A stretch of 64,000 nt of DNA from Octopus bimaculoides (Eukaryota), in NCBI RefSeq assembly GCF_001194135.2, contig NC_068984.1:115719708-115783707 (forward strand), given 5' to 3'. Below, one piece after another: positions 1 through 13,116 of the stretch (positions are counted from its first letter, which is position 1; every line of letters begins with the position of its first letter). A program made the position numbers and the translations under genes. The notes under the pieces are model-generated. The model was not told the DNA's origin, made no database searches, and was given only the letters and a program-made list of their open reading frames with translations.

Positions 1-57
1 GTTCGGCTAGTCCATTCTCCCAATCCCCCATGAGTATCAATGACTCTCGCCGCAACA
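1..57 (-). repeat. Start of the 3' LTR of a Ty3/Gypsy element (runs off the window's left edge)
   Basis: Minus strand begins TGTTGCGG immediately after a polypurine tract; 49/57 identical to 1331-1387. Confidence 0.8.
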
Positions 58-73
58 TCTCCCCCTTCCCTTT
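58..73 (-). promoter_or_regulatory. Polypurine tract (PPT) of LTR retrotransposon
   Basis: Minus strand AAAGGGAAGGGGGAGA directly abuts the TG of the LTR. Confidence 0.8.
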
Positions 74-186
74 GAGATCGACTTTCGTTGCAAGTTAATA
101 TTATTTTTATTTATTTTTCTTTCATCACAATCTCCCTTTTTGGGATTTTCCTCCTAGGGAAGTTTAATATTTCTTCCGCTTAAGCA

Positions 187-1224
187 TTACTCCCAACCGT
201 TCTGTTTGTTTCTTCTTTCTTGTGTTGCTACGCCTATGTTCGATTTCTGGTGGTGTTGGAACATCAAACGTGTCGTAGAACACTTCCATGGGTATCTACT
301 TTCTTTTTTTTCTTCTGTATATCTATTTTTTAGCTGGTTTAAATGTTTTTTGTGTTGCCATTTCCGCTTCTTATCATACATGTCATTTTGCCTATTCTCT
401 TTGTCACTACTCCTTCTTTCCCAACTTTGTCTTCCATTTTTATATATTTTGAAAAACACTTTGTCACCGATATTCAAATGCTTTGTCGTATTTTTAGTGT
501 TGTCCCTATTTATTTTTCTCACAGGTAACAATTTGTCAAAAATTGACTTTATTTTTCGATTACACATTAGTACTGCAGGCGACTTGCCTGAAAAAGTGTT
601 TGGGTTTGGTATTATCCTATAAACCCTCAAGAATTGTATCGATACTATTGACTAGTTCGTTTCTTGATTTCTTTAACGCTTTTTTAAATGTATCCATGAA
701 CCTTTCCACTTGCCCGTTTGATCTTGGGTGATATGTTCAATTGAGTACATCTTGCAAAAAATTCTTAAATTCATTCGCCGTGAATTGTGTACCGTTATCG
801 GAGACTATGGCATCCGGGACACCATATCTAGCAAAAAGTTTGCGTAGAAATTCCACTGTTACCGTGGATGTCGGTTTTCTACATTAACACATTTCTAGCC
901 ATTTTGTAAAGGTATCTGCTACTATTAGATAATATGATCGGTTTAACGGTCCTCCGAAGCCTATGAGTAGTCTGGACCATGGAATATCGGTCTTGGGCCA
1001 ATATTGAAATTTTATAGGTGGTGATTTCGCTGCAAGAGCACAACCTCTGCAGGATTTTACCAACTTCTCAATATCTAGATCTATTTTTGGCCAGTAAAAA
1101 TAACTCCTCATAAGCAACTTCATTCTAGAAATACCTGGATGTCCAGTGTGGAAACCCTTAACATTCGACCTTGTAGTGAGGTAGGCATTACGACCCTCTG
1201 TGCATACATAAGCACATTATCACA
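187..1224 (-). pseudogene. pol: Degraded Ty3/Gypsy integrase (zinc-binding H2C2 region, catalytic core, C-terminal region)
   Basis: Minus-strand translation gives LMYAQRVVMP, HTGHPGISRMKLLMRSYFYWPKIDLDIEKLVKSCRGC, FARYGVPDAIVSDNGTQFT, YHPRSNGQVERF and YRIIPNPNTFSGKSPA, with frameshifts and stops. Confidence 0.9.
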
Positions 1225-1387
1225 TGTCGAATGCGTTACGTCCAGCTACAGGTATTTTTTTATTTGTTTCTTCTGATCTCACTATTTCTTCTGATCTCTC
1301 GTCTCAACCAATACACTACTCTTTATAAGAGTTCGGCTTGTCCAATCTTCCAATCCCCCAGGGGTGTCAATGACTCTCGTCACAACA
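1225..1387 (-). repeat. Complete ~163 bp LTR (TGT...ACA)
   Basis: Starts TGTTGTG and ends TTCGACA on the minus strand; contains TTATAAA and AATAAA; homologous to 1-57. Confidence 0.75.
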
Positions 1388-1610
1388 TACACATAAGCGT
1401 TTGTACTCGCACACACACACCCACCCACACACATAATCCACCCACACACATACACCCACCCACACACATACATCCACCCACACACATACACCCACCCACA
1501 CACATACACACACAATATAGCCTCACACAATATACAGCCGTCAATATGCAGACACAAGTGCACACACAAATACACGAAACGCACATCACTCCACACAAAC
1601 ATTATTAGGT

Positions 1611-1945
1611 TACTTGTACACATACATACACACAGTCCCATGCATACTCGCACACACCATTCTCCCTTACACACACGCGTTGCTCACCCTAGTTCGGCCG
1701 AGTTACCGTTATTATCTCCCACTCACTCAGCCTCTTCCTTCTGGCCATTTCATCATGTTTAACTGTTATTTCCTACACATTCTCTGCCCACTCTTTTTCG
1801 TTCTCTCTCCATTTATTCCTCTCAATCAGTTCTTTCGAAGAGAGCAGGCTCGAAACATGAAAGACTTTCCCATTCTTCCCGAGCGTTAAACTAATACACC
1901 TACATGTTGTTCCCTCACCTGTCTTCGTCTTTTGTTTTCTGTAAA
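1611..1945 (+). mobile_element. Probable Penelope-like element 3' tail / pseudo-LTR fragment
   Basis: Pyrimidine-rich tail with a CGAAGA-stem-GAAAC hammerhead-like motif, ending in (TA)n. Family assignment is from recognition only. Confidence 0.45.
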
Positions 1946-2144
1946 TTTTAACTATATATANNNNNNNNNNNNNNNNNNNNNNNNNNNNNNNNNNNNNNNN
2001 NNNNNNNNNNNNNNNNNNNNNNNNNNNNNNNNNNNNNNNNNNNNNNNNNNNNNNNNNNNNNNNNNNNNNNNNNNNNNNNNNNNNNNNNNNNNNNNNNNNN
2101 NNNNNNNNNNNNNNNNNNNNNNNNNNNNNNNNNNNNNNNNNNNA

Positions 2145-2177
<33 letters not shown>

Positions 2178-2454
2178 ATGTATATATGTATATATATATG
2201 TGTGTGTATATATATATGTACATATATGTATATATAATATATATACATACATACATACATATACATGCGTACATATATGAACATGTCTCTACACATACAT
2301 CCATATATACACACACACATTTGTTCTGTACAAATGGCGACTGTTCATCGGTTTCTATTACAGTAATTATACATTCATGACTTGTTATTTTTGTGTACTT
2401 TATAATTTGTGTCAAACAAAATACAGATATGTGAATGTGGGTGAGTACATACGC

Positions 2455-2520
<66 letters not shown>

Positions 2521-4235
2521 CAATCTGACTACAAATTTCGCCGATGACGGAGCACGAGATTGTTATTAGCCATGATAATTATACACCAGCTTTTACATTA
2601 GTTTCCAGAAACTAATACAAATGACCGTAGTTAAGTAACTTACTTTTAATTTCACTCAGTTTTCATATCTAATTTTTTAATACATGTGAATATTTTTGAA
2701 TGTATTTCGAAATTAAACATTTTAGTAGAACTTCATCTGTAACTGGTTGCACAATCTCTCTATAAGAAATATTGTTATTTTTTTCCGAGATATTTTGATT
2801 TATGTTTCAAGAATATCTCTTTATTTGTGTATAGCACTTGCAATAACATTCGATTTTACCTTTCAGTTGTAATGGAAATACTTTACTTGTCTTACGATTA
2901 AAATCTTTATTGATTAATAATTTCCTCGAGATAAAGTTGGCAGACATTCAGATTTACGTCTATTTATTAATATCAGTTGGAGTGGTCGCTGTGTAGCATG
3001 TATTTAAGTACCCTACATGTTATTCCGTACAAATTCTGCACCCAAGTCGATCGGTCAAGAAGAGAATATGCACTTCTGCCTCTCTTACTACAAGCTTCAC
3101 AGAAGACAACACTGAGAATTGGTTATATATTACGGTTCATCCGATATCTAAGAATGCTTTTTATATATCTCTGGAATACCTTTGTTTGTGTGGACAGAAT
3201 TGTAAAACGAGAGAAATAGGACTACTTGTACATGCAATTATTTTGATAAATACGTACATCTACTCCACATCATGAAAAAGTAATTACATTTTCTTAATTT
3301 CTGATTTTCTCAGTGGTTTAAACGAGATCGTATAAATATATATTGACTGCATTGTATTAGTTGTTTTCTAGCAGCACTGGGGTGAGAGTAAAGGGTGATG
3401 GTAAGCTATAGGGCTAATATTTCTTCAGATTTCTTTTTTCAGGTCTAAGATGGCTAATAATTTGTTATATTCATTAGAGAATAAATTGTGAAATATGTTC
3501 CTTATATGTATATGTACGTGTATACAAATATGCTTGCGTGTGTGCATTTTCATACATATATACATACATATATACGTATATATGCATATACGTATATNNN
3601 NNNNNNNNNNNNNNNNNNNNNNNNNNNNNNNNNNNNNNNNNNNNNNNNNNNNNNNNNNNNNNNNNNNNNNNNNNNNNNNNNNNNNNNNNNNNNNNNNNNN
3701 NNNNNNNNNNNNNNNNNNNNNNNNNNNNNNNNNNNNNNNNNNNNNNNNNNNNNNNNNNNNNNNNNNNNNNNNNNNNNNNNNNNNNNNNNNNNNNNNNNNN
3801 NNNNNNNNNNNNNNNNNNNNNNNNNNNNNNNNNNNNNNNNNNNNNNNNNNNNNNNNNNNNNNNNNNNNNNNNNNNNNNNNNNNNNNNNNNNNNNNNNNNN
3901 NNNNNNNNNNNNNNNNNNNNNNNNNNNNNNNNNNNNNNNNNNNNNNNNNNNNNNNNNNNNNNNNNNNNNNNNNNNNNNNNNNNNNNNNNNNNNNNNNNNN
4001 NNNNNNNNNNNNNNNNNNNNNNNNNNNNNNNNNNNNNNNNNNNNNNNNNNNNNNNNNNNNNNNNNNNNNNNNNNNNNNNNNNNNNNNNNNNNNNNNNNNN
4101 NNNNNNNNNNNNNNNNNNNNNNNNNNNNNNNNNNNNNNNNNNNNNNNNNNNNNNNNNNNNNNNNACACACACATTTTGTAGGTTAGAGACAGGTGTTCTC
4201 TATATAGAAAACACCTCGAAATGCTGAGCCGGTAG

Positions 4236-4764
4236 ATGAATAAATGTAATGAGAAGTTAGGCAAGTCGATTTACACAAAATATTAAATACATTTAATAGC
4301 AAAATATGTACATGTGTATGGATATAAAATAATCCAACTTACAGAATATAAATGATGTAAGGTGTTAAATGGGTCGAGATGTACGAGTCCAACAGCTGTT
4401 TCTGGAAGCTTGGTGGTTCGGAATAATGATAATTACTTGGATCCATTATCGGATAACATTGCCTCCGTCTTCAGCGTAGAATTTTACATTGGAAACGGAG
4501 CTGTGTGGTTGGAAGAATTTTACACTGAATATGGAGGTGGTGTTATCCGTTAATGGATCCAAATAACTATCATTATTCCGGAGCACCGAGCCCTCAGAAA
4601 CAGCTGTTGGACTCGTAAAACTCTACCCATTCAACTTCTGATATAATTTATATTCTGTAAGACGGACTATTTTATATCCATACACATGCAAATTTTTTCT
4701 ATTAAATGTAGGTTATACTCTGTGTAAATCGACTATCCTAACATTTCTCATTACATTTACTCAT
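4236..4764. repeat. Long imperfect palindrome / fold-back (MITE-like) element
   Basis: Arms are mirror images around ~4500: 4382-4404 is the exact reverse complement of 4595-4617, and 4311-4331 of 4668-4688. Confidence 0.9.
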
Positions 4765-6269
4765 ATATATATATATATATANNNNNNNNNNNNNNNNNNN
4801 NNNNNNNNNNNNNNNNNNNNNNNNNNNNNNNNNNNNNNNNNNNNNNNNNNNNNNNNNNNNNNNNNNNNNNNNNNNNNNNNNNNNNNNNNNNNNNNNNNNN
4901 NNNNNNNNNNNNNNNNNNNNNNNNNNNNNNNNNNNNNNNNNNNNNNNNNNNNNNNNNNNNNNNNNNNNNNNNNNNNNNNNNNNNNNNNNNNNNNNNNNNN
5001 NNNNNNNNNNNNNNNNNNNNNNNNNNNNNNNNNNNNNNNNNNNNNNNNNNNNNNNNNNNNNNNNNNNNNNNNNNNNNNNNNNNNNNNNNNNNNNNNNNNN
5101 NNNNNNNNNNNNNNNNNNNNNNNNNNNNNNNNNNNNNNNNNNNNNNNNNNNNNNNNNNNNNNNNNNNNNNNNNNNNNNNNNNNNNNNNNNNNNNNNNNNN
5201 NNNNNNNNNNNNNNNNNNNNNNNNNNNNNNNNNNNNNNNNNNNNNNNNNNNNNNNNNNNNNNNNNNNNNNNNNNNNNNNNNNNNNNNNNNNNNNNNNNNN
5301 NNNNNNNNNNNNNNNNNNNNNNNNNNNNNNNNNNNNNNNNNNNNNNNNNNNNNNNNNNNNNNNNNNNNNNNNNNNNNNNNNNNNNNNNNNNNNNNNNNNN
5401 NNNNNNNNNNNNNNNNNNNNNNNNNNNNNNNNNNNNNNNNNNNNNNNNNNNNNNNNNNNNNNNNNNNNNNNNNNNNNNNNNNNNNNNNNNNNNNNNNNNN
5501 NNNNNNNNCATATTTGTCTGCATACTGCAGTTTTATAAATCTATTGTTCCCTTCTTTCTTTTCTTGAGACTATGAAGCAAACATTCATTTCATATCGGTT
5601 TCTTTTGTGAATTTTAAATGAGAACCTTTTGAGGACGATCTACTTTCCTTTTTTAATATTATCTACCTCATATTTTCATACAATACTGATGATTATAGGA
5701 AGAAGCAACACAAATGGACGACCTCTGTTGGATATCGGCATGATTTCCTCTCTGTGTCGTCCTTACAATAAAAATGGCGATTTAATGTCTAGGATTGTCC
5801 GCTGTTTGTATCAATTAATAATAGAAGTTATGAAATAGAAATACTGTATGTGTGTGGTGGGTGACGTCTATTCTATACCGTTGTATGTGATTGACGATCG
5901 ATGCAACATTGTGATGACTAGGAACTCAGAAATAGCTGTCACTTGGTTAAAAAGCTTGCTTTGCAACTGCAGTTCTGAGATCGATCTACTGCGACGGCGT
6001 TATGCTTAAGTGTCCAATCGAGGAATGCGTCAGATTTAATAATGACATGTGATTGAAAAGTGAAGCGGAAACAGTATGGAACATCGTAGATCCTCCACTG
6101 ATGTTTTCAACTTCGAAATTATGCTTTGTTTCGAATAAGGATGTGTGTGTGCGCGTTTGTGTGTATGTGTGTCTATGTGTATCTCTGTGTTTATGTATGC
6201 ATGTATGTATGCATGCATACGTGCATGTCTGTATGTATGTATGTATGTATGTATGTATGTATCCGTTTG

Positions 6270-6330
<61 letters not shown>

Positions 6331-6643
6331 GAATTGTTTTGGACGACCATCTAAATTAATTATCAAAGACATTCCTACTTATCCCACTCAACCTTTTCAC
6401 ACGCTGTGTAAATACATTATTATCCAATGTGTTATTCGATGGTTTTAAGAGAGCGACGTGTGATTTGAGGAAGGTCTAGTTGCTTTTTTTCGTAGTTCGA
6501 AATGTATTGAGATATGTTGTTGTATGATCTGTGATAGGGTTTGGTGCTGTGTTTTGTGGACCATTGTGTAGATTCTACACTGCTACTATAGACGATATCT
6601 AATGTAGATGTATTTATTGTTCAGTATGACATCTTCTGTCTTA

Positions 6644-6800
6644 GTGGCTTAGTGGTTAGGGTGTTGCATGATCGAAAGATTATGGTTTCGATTCCTAGAG
6701 CAGGAGATGCGTTTTATTTTCGAACAAAAGACTTCAATTCACTTTGCTGCATTCCACTTCGCTGACCAAAAACGAGTAATCTTACGACGGAGTGGCGTCC
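6644..6800 (+). mobile_element. Degenerate tRNA-derived SINE with CORE-like domain
   Basis: A-box-like TGGCTTAGTGG and B-box-like GGTTTCGATTCC; similar to 35085-35240. Confidence 0.6.
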
Positions 6801-6979
6801 CGTCTAGGATGGGTAGGAGGATCTATACCCCACAAAATCTTGGAAACCGGCCTTATGAGCCTATTGTTCGGGAAGGACCTTTGATCCGTTTCTTTTTGAT
6901 GGCATCTTGTGGTAATAAGTTACGTGGGCATGAAGCTGTATCGTGTCCGGAAATATGGAGTGTTATGTGTGAATGAGGA

Positions 6980-7200
6980 TAGCCTAATTATAAGAGTGTT
7001 CGGTTCACGATCATAAGTTTGTGCGATCAATTCCTGGACCTGTCGTTGCATTGTGTCCTTAATCTAGGCACTTCATTTCAAGTTACTCCTATCTACCCAG
7101 CTGTAAATGAATACCAGCCAAGTGCTGGTGCTGCTCTCTCTGTCTCTCTCCTATGCTCCAGCTTTCACATTATGGACGTGTCACTGGACCAGGAGTGATA
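6980..7200 (+). mobile_element. Degenerate CORE-like SINE
   Basis: tgtgtccttaatctaggcacttcatttc...cccagctgtaaatgaatacc resembles the CORE domain. Confidence 0.5.
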
Positions 7201-7351
7201 GGTACTGAGAAGGTATTTACATTTACTCGCCAAAATACAGATATTACAATTAGAAAAAGCGAAAGATATTACCATGCCATACTCACGAGTGGTGGCTGGC
7301 TGTACTCTTTATGCGATATGTTATTACTGAATATTATGGAAATAAATACAA

Positions 7352-7530
7352 GGTAGCGAGCTGGCAGAATCGTTAGCATGCCGGGCGAAATGCTTAATCT
7401 GAGTTCATATTCCGCCGAGGTCGACTTTGCCTTTCACCTTCTCGCGGTCGAAAAGTACTAGGACTAATGTAATCGACTTACCTCCTCTGAAAATTTGCTG
7501 GCCTTGTGCTAAAATTTTAAATCATTATGT
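7352..7530 (+). mobile_element. tRNA-derived SINE, family 'B' (GGCGAGCTGGCAGAATCGTTAG head)
   Basis: The same head and gaggtcgactttgcctttca body recur at 13117, 13692 and 36790, and inverted at ~20185, 22075 and 34075. Confidence 0.75.
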
Positions 7531-8011
7531 TGATAAATACATAGATGCTGTATGATGCGATGAATATCTGTTATATATTTCACCGATGTTTATCTTGCAT
7601 GTCACGACGTAAGACTAAGATTTTATTAGATAGGATACTAGAATCGAAAGCAAATTTCCAAACCAATGAAGTGCTCAACTACATTATAGTTCTTTTGATA
7701 CTGTAGTATCGATATATTGCTATACATGCCCACTGAATTATTCAAATGTATTAATAAATATCTTTGTTAGAGATACAGTATAGCTGAATTGTTTATTGAT
7801 ACGGACTATGAAGCTTCTAAATGGTTGCTCAGCATTCAAGCAACACAAACACTCGTATTGTGTGTGCGCGCGCGCGCGCGTATGTGTGTAGCATATTTTA
7901 CTCTAGTAGACGTCGGATAAAGTGCAATAGGAAATGGTTTAGTCAATTAAACTATAGACTTTAAACTGAAACTGATGTGTGAAATTTTGTACGTCAGGTT
8001 GTAAGGTTTGA

Positions 8012-8042
<31 letters not shown>

Positions 8043-8074
8043 AATAAACTCATTCATACGTACGAACACACACA

Positions 8075-8122
<48 letters not shown>

Positions 8123-9663
8123 CACACTCTCGCAATAGTTGTTCTCTCAGGTAATATTTGAGTTATTCTTATGAAATGGATATTTTAAATATTGTTAAAT
8201 TGCTTAAAATTTTCCGAATTTTCTGGAAACCACAGACATTGTCAAAATCAGAGCTGTTCAAGATGACTTCCATTTAACTATTTTCCTACGCTTTTAGCCA
8301 CAAATTATCATAATACCACCGTACCACACAGTTCATAGAATACCAATGTCTTCTCTCCTATAAAATGAGTCAGACCCTCTCAAGGATCTTGTTAAACAGG
8401 TAATTGCAAATCCAGTACATCATAATCGAATCGTTTTAGTCTGAGATTTACAGAGTTGATAATTCCTTTTCATAAGAATGGATCAAATTCTATGAAGATG
8501 GACCAAATTCACAAATATCTGACCGCACTGTGATATGTATCCTGTCCAATATATAATAACAGGCTTACATTCCATATACAATGCTGTACAGGTAAAGAAT
8601 AAAACATACATATATCTAACATAGTCTTCCAATATAGAAAGATATTAAGTTTCTAAAGAGAGCAACAGAGAGCTATTAGATGCTCTCTCTAAGTCATAAT
8701 ACATGTCTCTACAACGTCAGAACAACCACCTTTCGGAGACATGTTTGAAATAAAAATATTTATTTTGGAATCTCTGTGTTGGTGTCATCTACACTCAAGC
8801 TTTTATAGTCGACTCAACCATTGAATTAACACCACTTTAACACAGAATATTGTGACTTGCGTGCATTTCAATTGTGTGAGTTGTCTAGAATAATACACAC
8901 AGTCATGTACCGCAAGGTAGAGAAATAGTAATAAGAAAGAAAGTTGCGTTATATTACTAAACATATATTCATAGCTATTTCTGTAGTGGCCATTAATATA
9001 TAAACTGACATATAAGAAGCAGAAAACTGGAAGTGAGAACAATAGTAATAACAAGAAAAGTCAACAAAACTGACAGAATATAACGAAACGGCAAGAGCTT
9101 TGATGATAATATCAACTAACAATGGGTAAGAGCCATAATGGCAGTAAGCCTTCAAGCGAACGGAATAAGGGGTGCTGCTTTCAATTCCGATTTGCTGCTA
9201 GTTCATTCCATTTCCGCTGTTAATTACCTTTGGAATGACACAAGAGTCAAGGTTTCTTACTTCTCCTTTTGCGGATGTTAGACGTTTGTATAACTTGCGT
9301 TACGAATTTCCCATTGTATTGTTATTTGGTAGTAAATACATGTTAAAAGTTTTCGAAATTTTAAAGGATAATGAGTAACATGACTAAAGAAATCGACGAA
9401 TCAAACAACGTACCAAATAACGGAACGAACCTCTACGTGTTCGCACGATATGTTAGAAATAGCAACCAATATCTCAGAAGTATCATCCTACCGCCTACAA
9501 AGAAGAGAAGGGTATATCGGATACTCTAATTTTGTGATAGACTATTTTTGAAAAGATAGAGCGGTAATGATCTTTGATCAAAGGTTTAGTTAAAGAAAGT
9601 AGACCTAGGGCTAAATATCTTCAACAACAGACACAACAATCACACACACACATACACACACAT

Positions 9664-9707
<44 letters not shown>

Positions 9708-9886
9708 GTCAATCAATCAATCTATCTATCTATCTATCTATCTATACATACATACATACATACACACAGACACACAGATACAAACACACACTCACACACA
9801 CAAACACACACACACACACACACTCACACACAGACATTATAACAACTTGTAAAGCAAAAGTTTATTACAGATGTATACACACACAC

Positions 9887-9958
<72 letters not shown>

Positions 9959-11073
9959 CGAATGGCACCGCGAGTGTCGCGTTGCTCTCAAGCAACTCTG
10001 CCGTCCGGGACCAATCTTGTGCAACTTTGATTCCACAAAAGCGTTCTATAGAGGATTAGTGNNNNNNNNNNNNNNNNNNNNNNNNNNNNNNNNNNNNNNN
10101 NNNNNNNNNNNNNNNNNNNNNNNNNNNNNNNNNNNNNNNNNNNNNNNNNNNNNNNNNNNNNNNNNNNNNNNNNNNNNNNNNNNNNNNNNNNNNNNNNNNN
10201 NNNNNNNNNNNNNNNNNNNNNNNNNNNNNNNNNNNNNNNNNNNNNNNNNNNNNNNNNNNNNNNNNNNNNNNNNNNNNNNNNNNNNNNNNNNNNNNNNNNN
10301 NNNNNNNNNNNNNNNNNNNNNNNNNNNNNNNNNNNNNNNNNNNNNNNNNNNNNNNNNNNNNNNNNNNNNNNNNNNNNNNNNNNNNNNNNNNNNNNNNNNN
10401 NNNNNNNNNNNNNNNNNNNNNNNNNNNNNNNNNNNNNNNNNNNNNNNNNNNNNNNNNNNNNNNNNNNNNNNNNNNNNNNNNNNNNNNNNNNNNNNNNNNN
10501 NNNNNNNNNNNNNNNNNNNNNNNNNNNNNNNNNNNNNNNNNNNNNNNNNNNNNNNNNNNNNNNNNNNNNNNNNNNNNNNNNNNNNNNNNNNNNNNNNNNN
10601 NNNNNNNNNNNNNNNNNNNNNNNNNNNNNNNNNNNNNNNNNNNNNNNNNNNNNNNNNNNNNNNNNNNNNNNNNNNNNNNNNNNNNNNNNNNNNNNNNNNN
10701 NNNNNNNNNNNNNNNNNNNNNNNNNNNNNNNNNNNNNNNNNNNNNNNNNNNNNNNNNNNNNNNNNNNNNNNNNNNNNNNNNNNNNNNNNNNNNNNNNNNN
10801 NNNNNNNNNNNNNNNNNNNNNNNNNNNNNNNNNNNNNNNNNNNNNNNNNNNNNNNNNNNNNNNNNNNNNNNNNNNNNNNNNNNNNNNNNNNNNNNNNNNN
10901 NNNNNNNNNNNNNNNNNNNNNNNNNNNNNNNTTTTTTTTTGCCCCTACCGATCCCTTTTGATCGGATTTTTGTTTTTTCTTTTTCTTAAAGAAAAGCTCT
11001 ACAGTTGTATTTGTCCCCTCTGTGTGCAGCCCTGTGTGGCTAATAAAAGAAAGTTATCTATCTATCAATAAAT

Positions 11074-11141
<68 letters not shown>

Positions 11142-11584
11142 CCTTTTCCTAAAAACGTTTACACTCATAGAGTAACTTCAGCAATGTTTGAACAAGTAGC
11201 GGTTTAGTTTACCAACATTTTCTTAGCTTAGTTTTTACCTTCGTAACACGACTAGATTCCGATGACACATGCAAAATTATTTCTCCTGCTAAAACCTCAG
11301 TCTATATCCTACGTGTGTCACTAACAATTTTCTATATATAACTTAACTCGGAAATTATTTTCAATAATCACTGTTTTCAAACGTGTTTTTTTTACTAGGT
11401 TGCATTGCTTTTAGAGATCAGATACATTTTACGTCTGACACCACAGGTGAAACCAATATCTATTCTATTATTGAGCGCTAATTTTCTTATCGAAACAGAC
11501 ATCTAACGTATATTAAGTCACTCTTTACATATGTTGTTGATACACGATAAAATTTTTCTTTGATATAATTATTAGATTGTTATT

Positions 11585-12375
11585 GATGCAGTTAATCATA
11601 GATGTAGCAGGTACTTAAAACAGTTAATCGTAGCTATAGATGGTGGTTGGTAGAGCTGATCCGCAATGTCACTGATCCGTATTTCAGATACCGCTGTCTC
11701 TTGAGACAGTTGATCTTAAAAGTAACAGGCACTTGGTTCAGTTGACTTTAAATATAGCTGGTCCTCGATACAGTTGATCCGAAATGTAGCTGGTCCTAGA
11801 GACACTTGTTTCAAGATATAGTTAATCCTTGATAGAGTGGATCCTCGATGTTGCAGATATAGCTGGTTCTCGATACAGTTGATCTTGGATTTAGATGTTC
11901 CTCTAGACAGTTGATCCGTAATGTACCTGGTCCTTAAGACATTGATGTAACTGGTCCTTAAGACAGTCAATCATAGATGTAGCTGATTCTCGACACAGTT
12001 GTTGCTGGATATAGTAAATCTATGATAGAGTTGATCCTTGAAATCGCAATTTCTTAACTCAGTTGATCCCAGGTGTAGCTGGTCCTTGATAAAATTATCC
12101 AAGGTTTCGTTGTTCCGTGACTCGGTTCAACATAAATAATGGTAGATGCTGATCGTTATTAAAATTGATCGATGTGAAAATTGTGGACGTAGCTGATCTT
12201 TTATAAAATCGAATCGATCGATCCTAGATGTAGTGGTCCTTGATAAATTTTATCGTAGATGTAGATGTTCTTTAACAGAGTCGACTCTAGATGTAGTTGT
12301 TCCTTGGTTCAATTGATCCTAGATGTAGTTTTTCCTTGTTAGAGTTGACTCTAAATATAGCTTATCCTTGATTCA
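11585..12375. repeat. Degenerate minisatellite, ~32 bp unit (approx. AGATGTAGCTGGTCCTTGATACAGTTGATCCT)
   Basis: tagctggtcct and cagttgatcc motifs alternate repeatedly at ~16 bp spacing. Confidence 0.8.
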
Positions 12376-12709
12376 GTTACTGCATGTTCTGTATTTACCG
12401 ATTGGAATAGAAAAGGAAACAATAGCTGCAATAGTTTAAGGTATTTTGCTTTGCAGCATTGTCTTCTTTAGGAAGAGTTTATATTTAAGAAGATAAAGTA
12501 TTGACGAATTGATTGAATAAAGAGTTGTAGCTTGTATCTTGATATCGACAGTGAAACTCTGCTTTTGTTATTTGGGGACAGACCACGCAAGAAATGAAAA
12601 CTATTGTGAAAGAAATAGGGAGAGAGAAAGTGAAGACGAGCAAGATAATAGACAGAAGGTGGAATGAGAGAGACGGGGGATGCTGGAAAATAGATAGATA
12701 GAGCAAGAG

Positions 12710-12721
12710 AGCGAGAGAGTT

Positions 12722-12800
<79 letters not shown>

Positions 12801-12810
12801 NNNNNNNNNN

Positions 12811-12849
<39 letters not shown>

Positions 12850-12850
12850 G
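12710..12850. repeat. (AG)n microsatellite with a 10-N gap
   Basis: Direct reading. Confidence 0.95.
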
Positions 12851-13116
12851 AGAGAGAGTAGAATGTACAGCAACGTGGAGTTACTTAGTAATTAATAACA
12901 CAGAAATTTAATCTTAGAAGAAACAGAATATTGATACAACTGACCAAGTAACATTAATTAAAATTATAACATTTAGTGATGAGAACTGTAATCATTTCCA
13001 TGACTAATTCTAGTAAAAAGGGGCAGGAGAGATAATCCAGAAATTGTAATTATTGAAAATTCATTAAATAAAGAAGGAATTGAGGACTGATTCCAATATT
13101 TAGTGTTACAAGTTGT

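Noticed and set aside
1948-5523. Long ORFs of 120-280 aa in the track
   Set aside because: They consist of N-gap (X) runs and TA/CA microsatellite translations.
7165-7215. Possible 51 nt exon (LSHYGRVTGPGVIGTEK) with good splice signals
   Set aside because: It directly follows a CORE-like SINE and is more likely part of that element's tail.
11585-12375. CRISPR-like array
   Set aside because: Eukaryotic context, degenerate contiguous units, no unique spacers and no cas genes.
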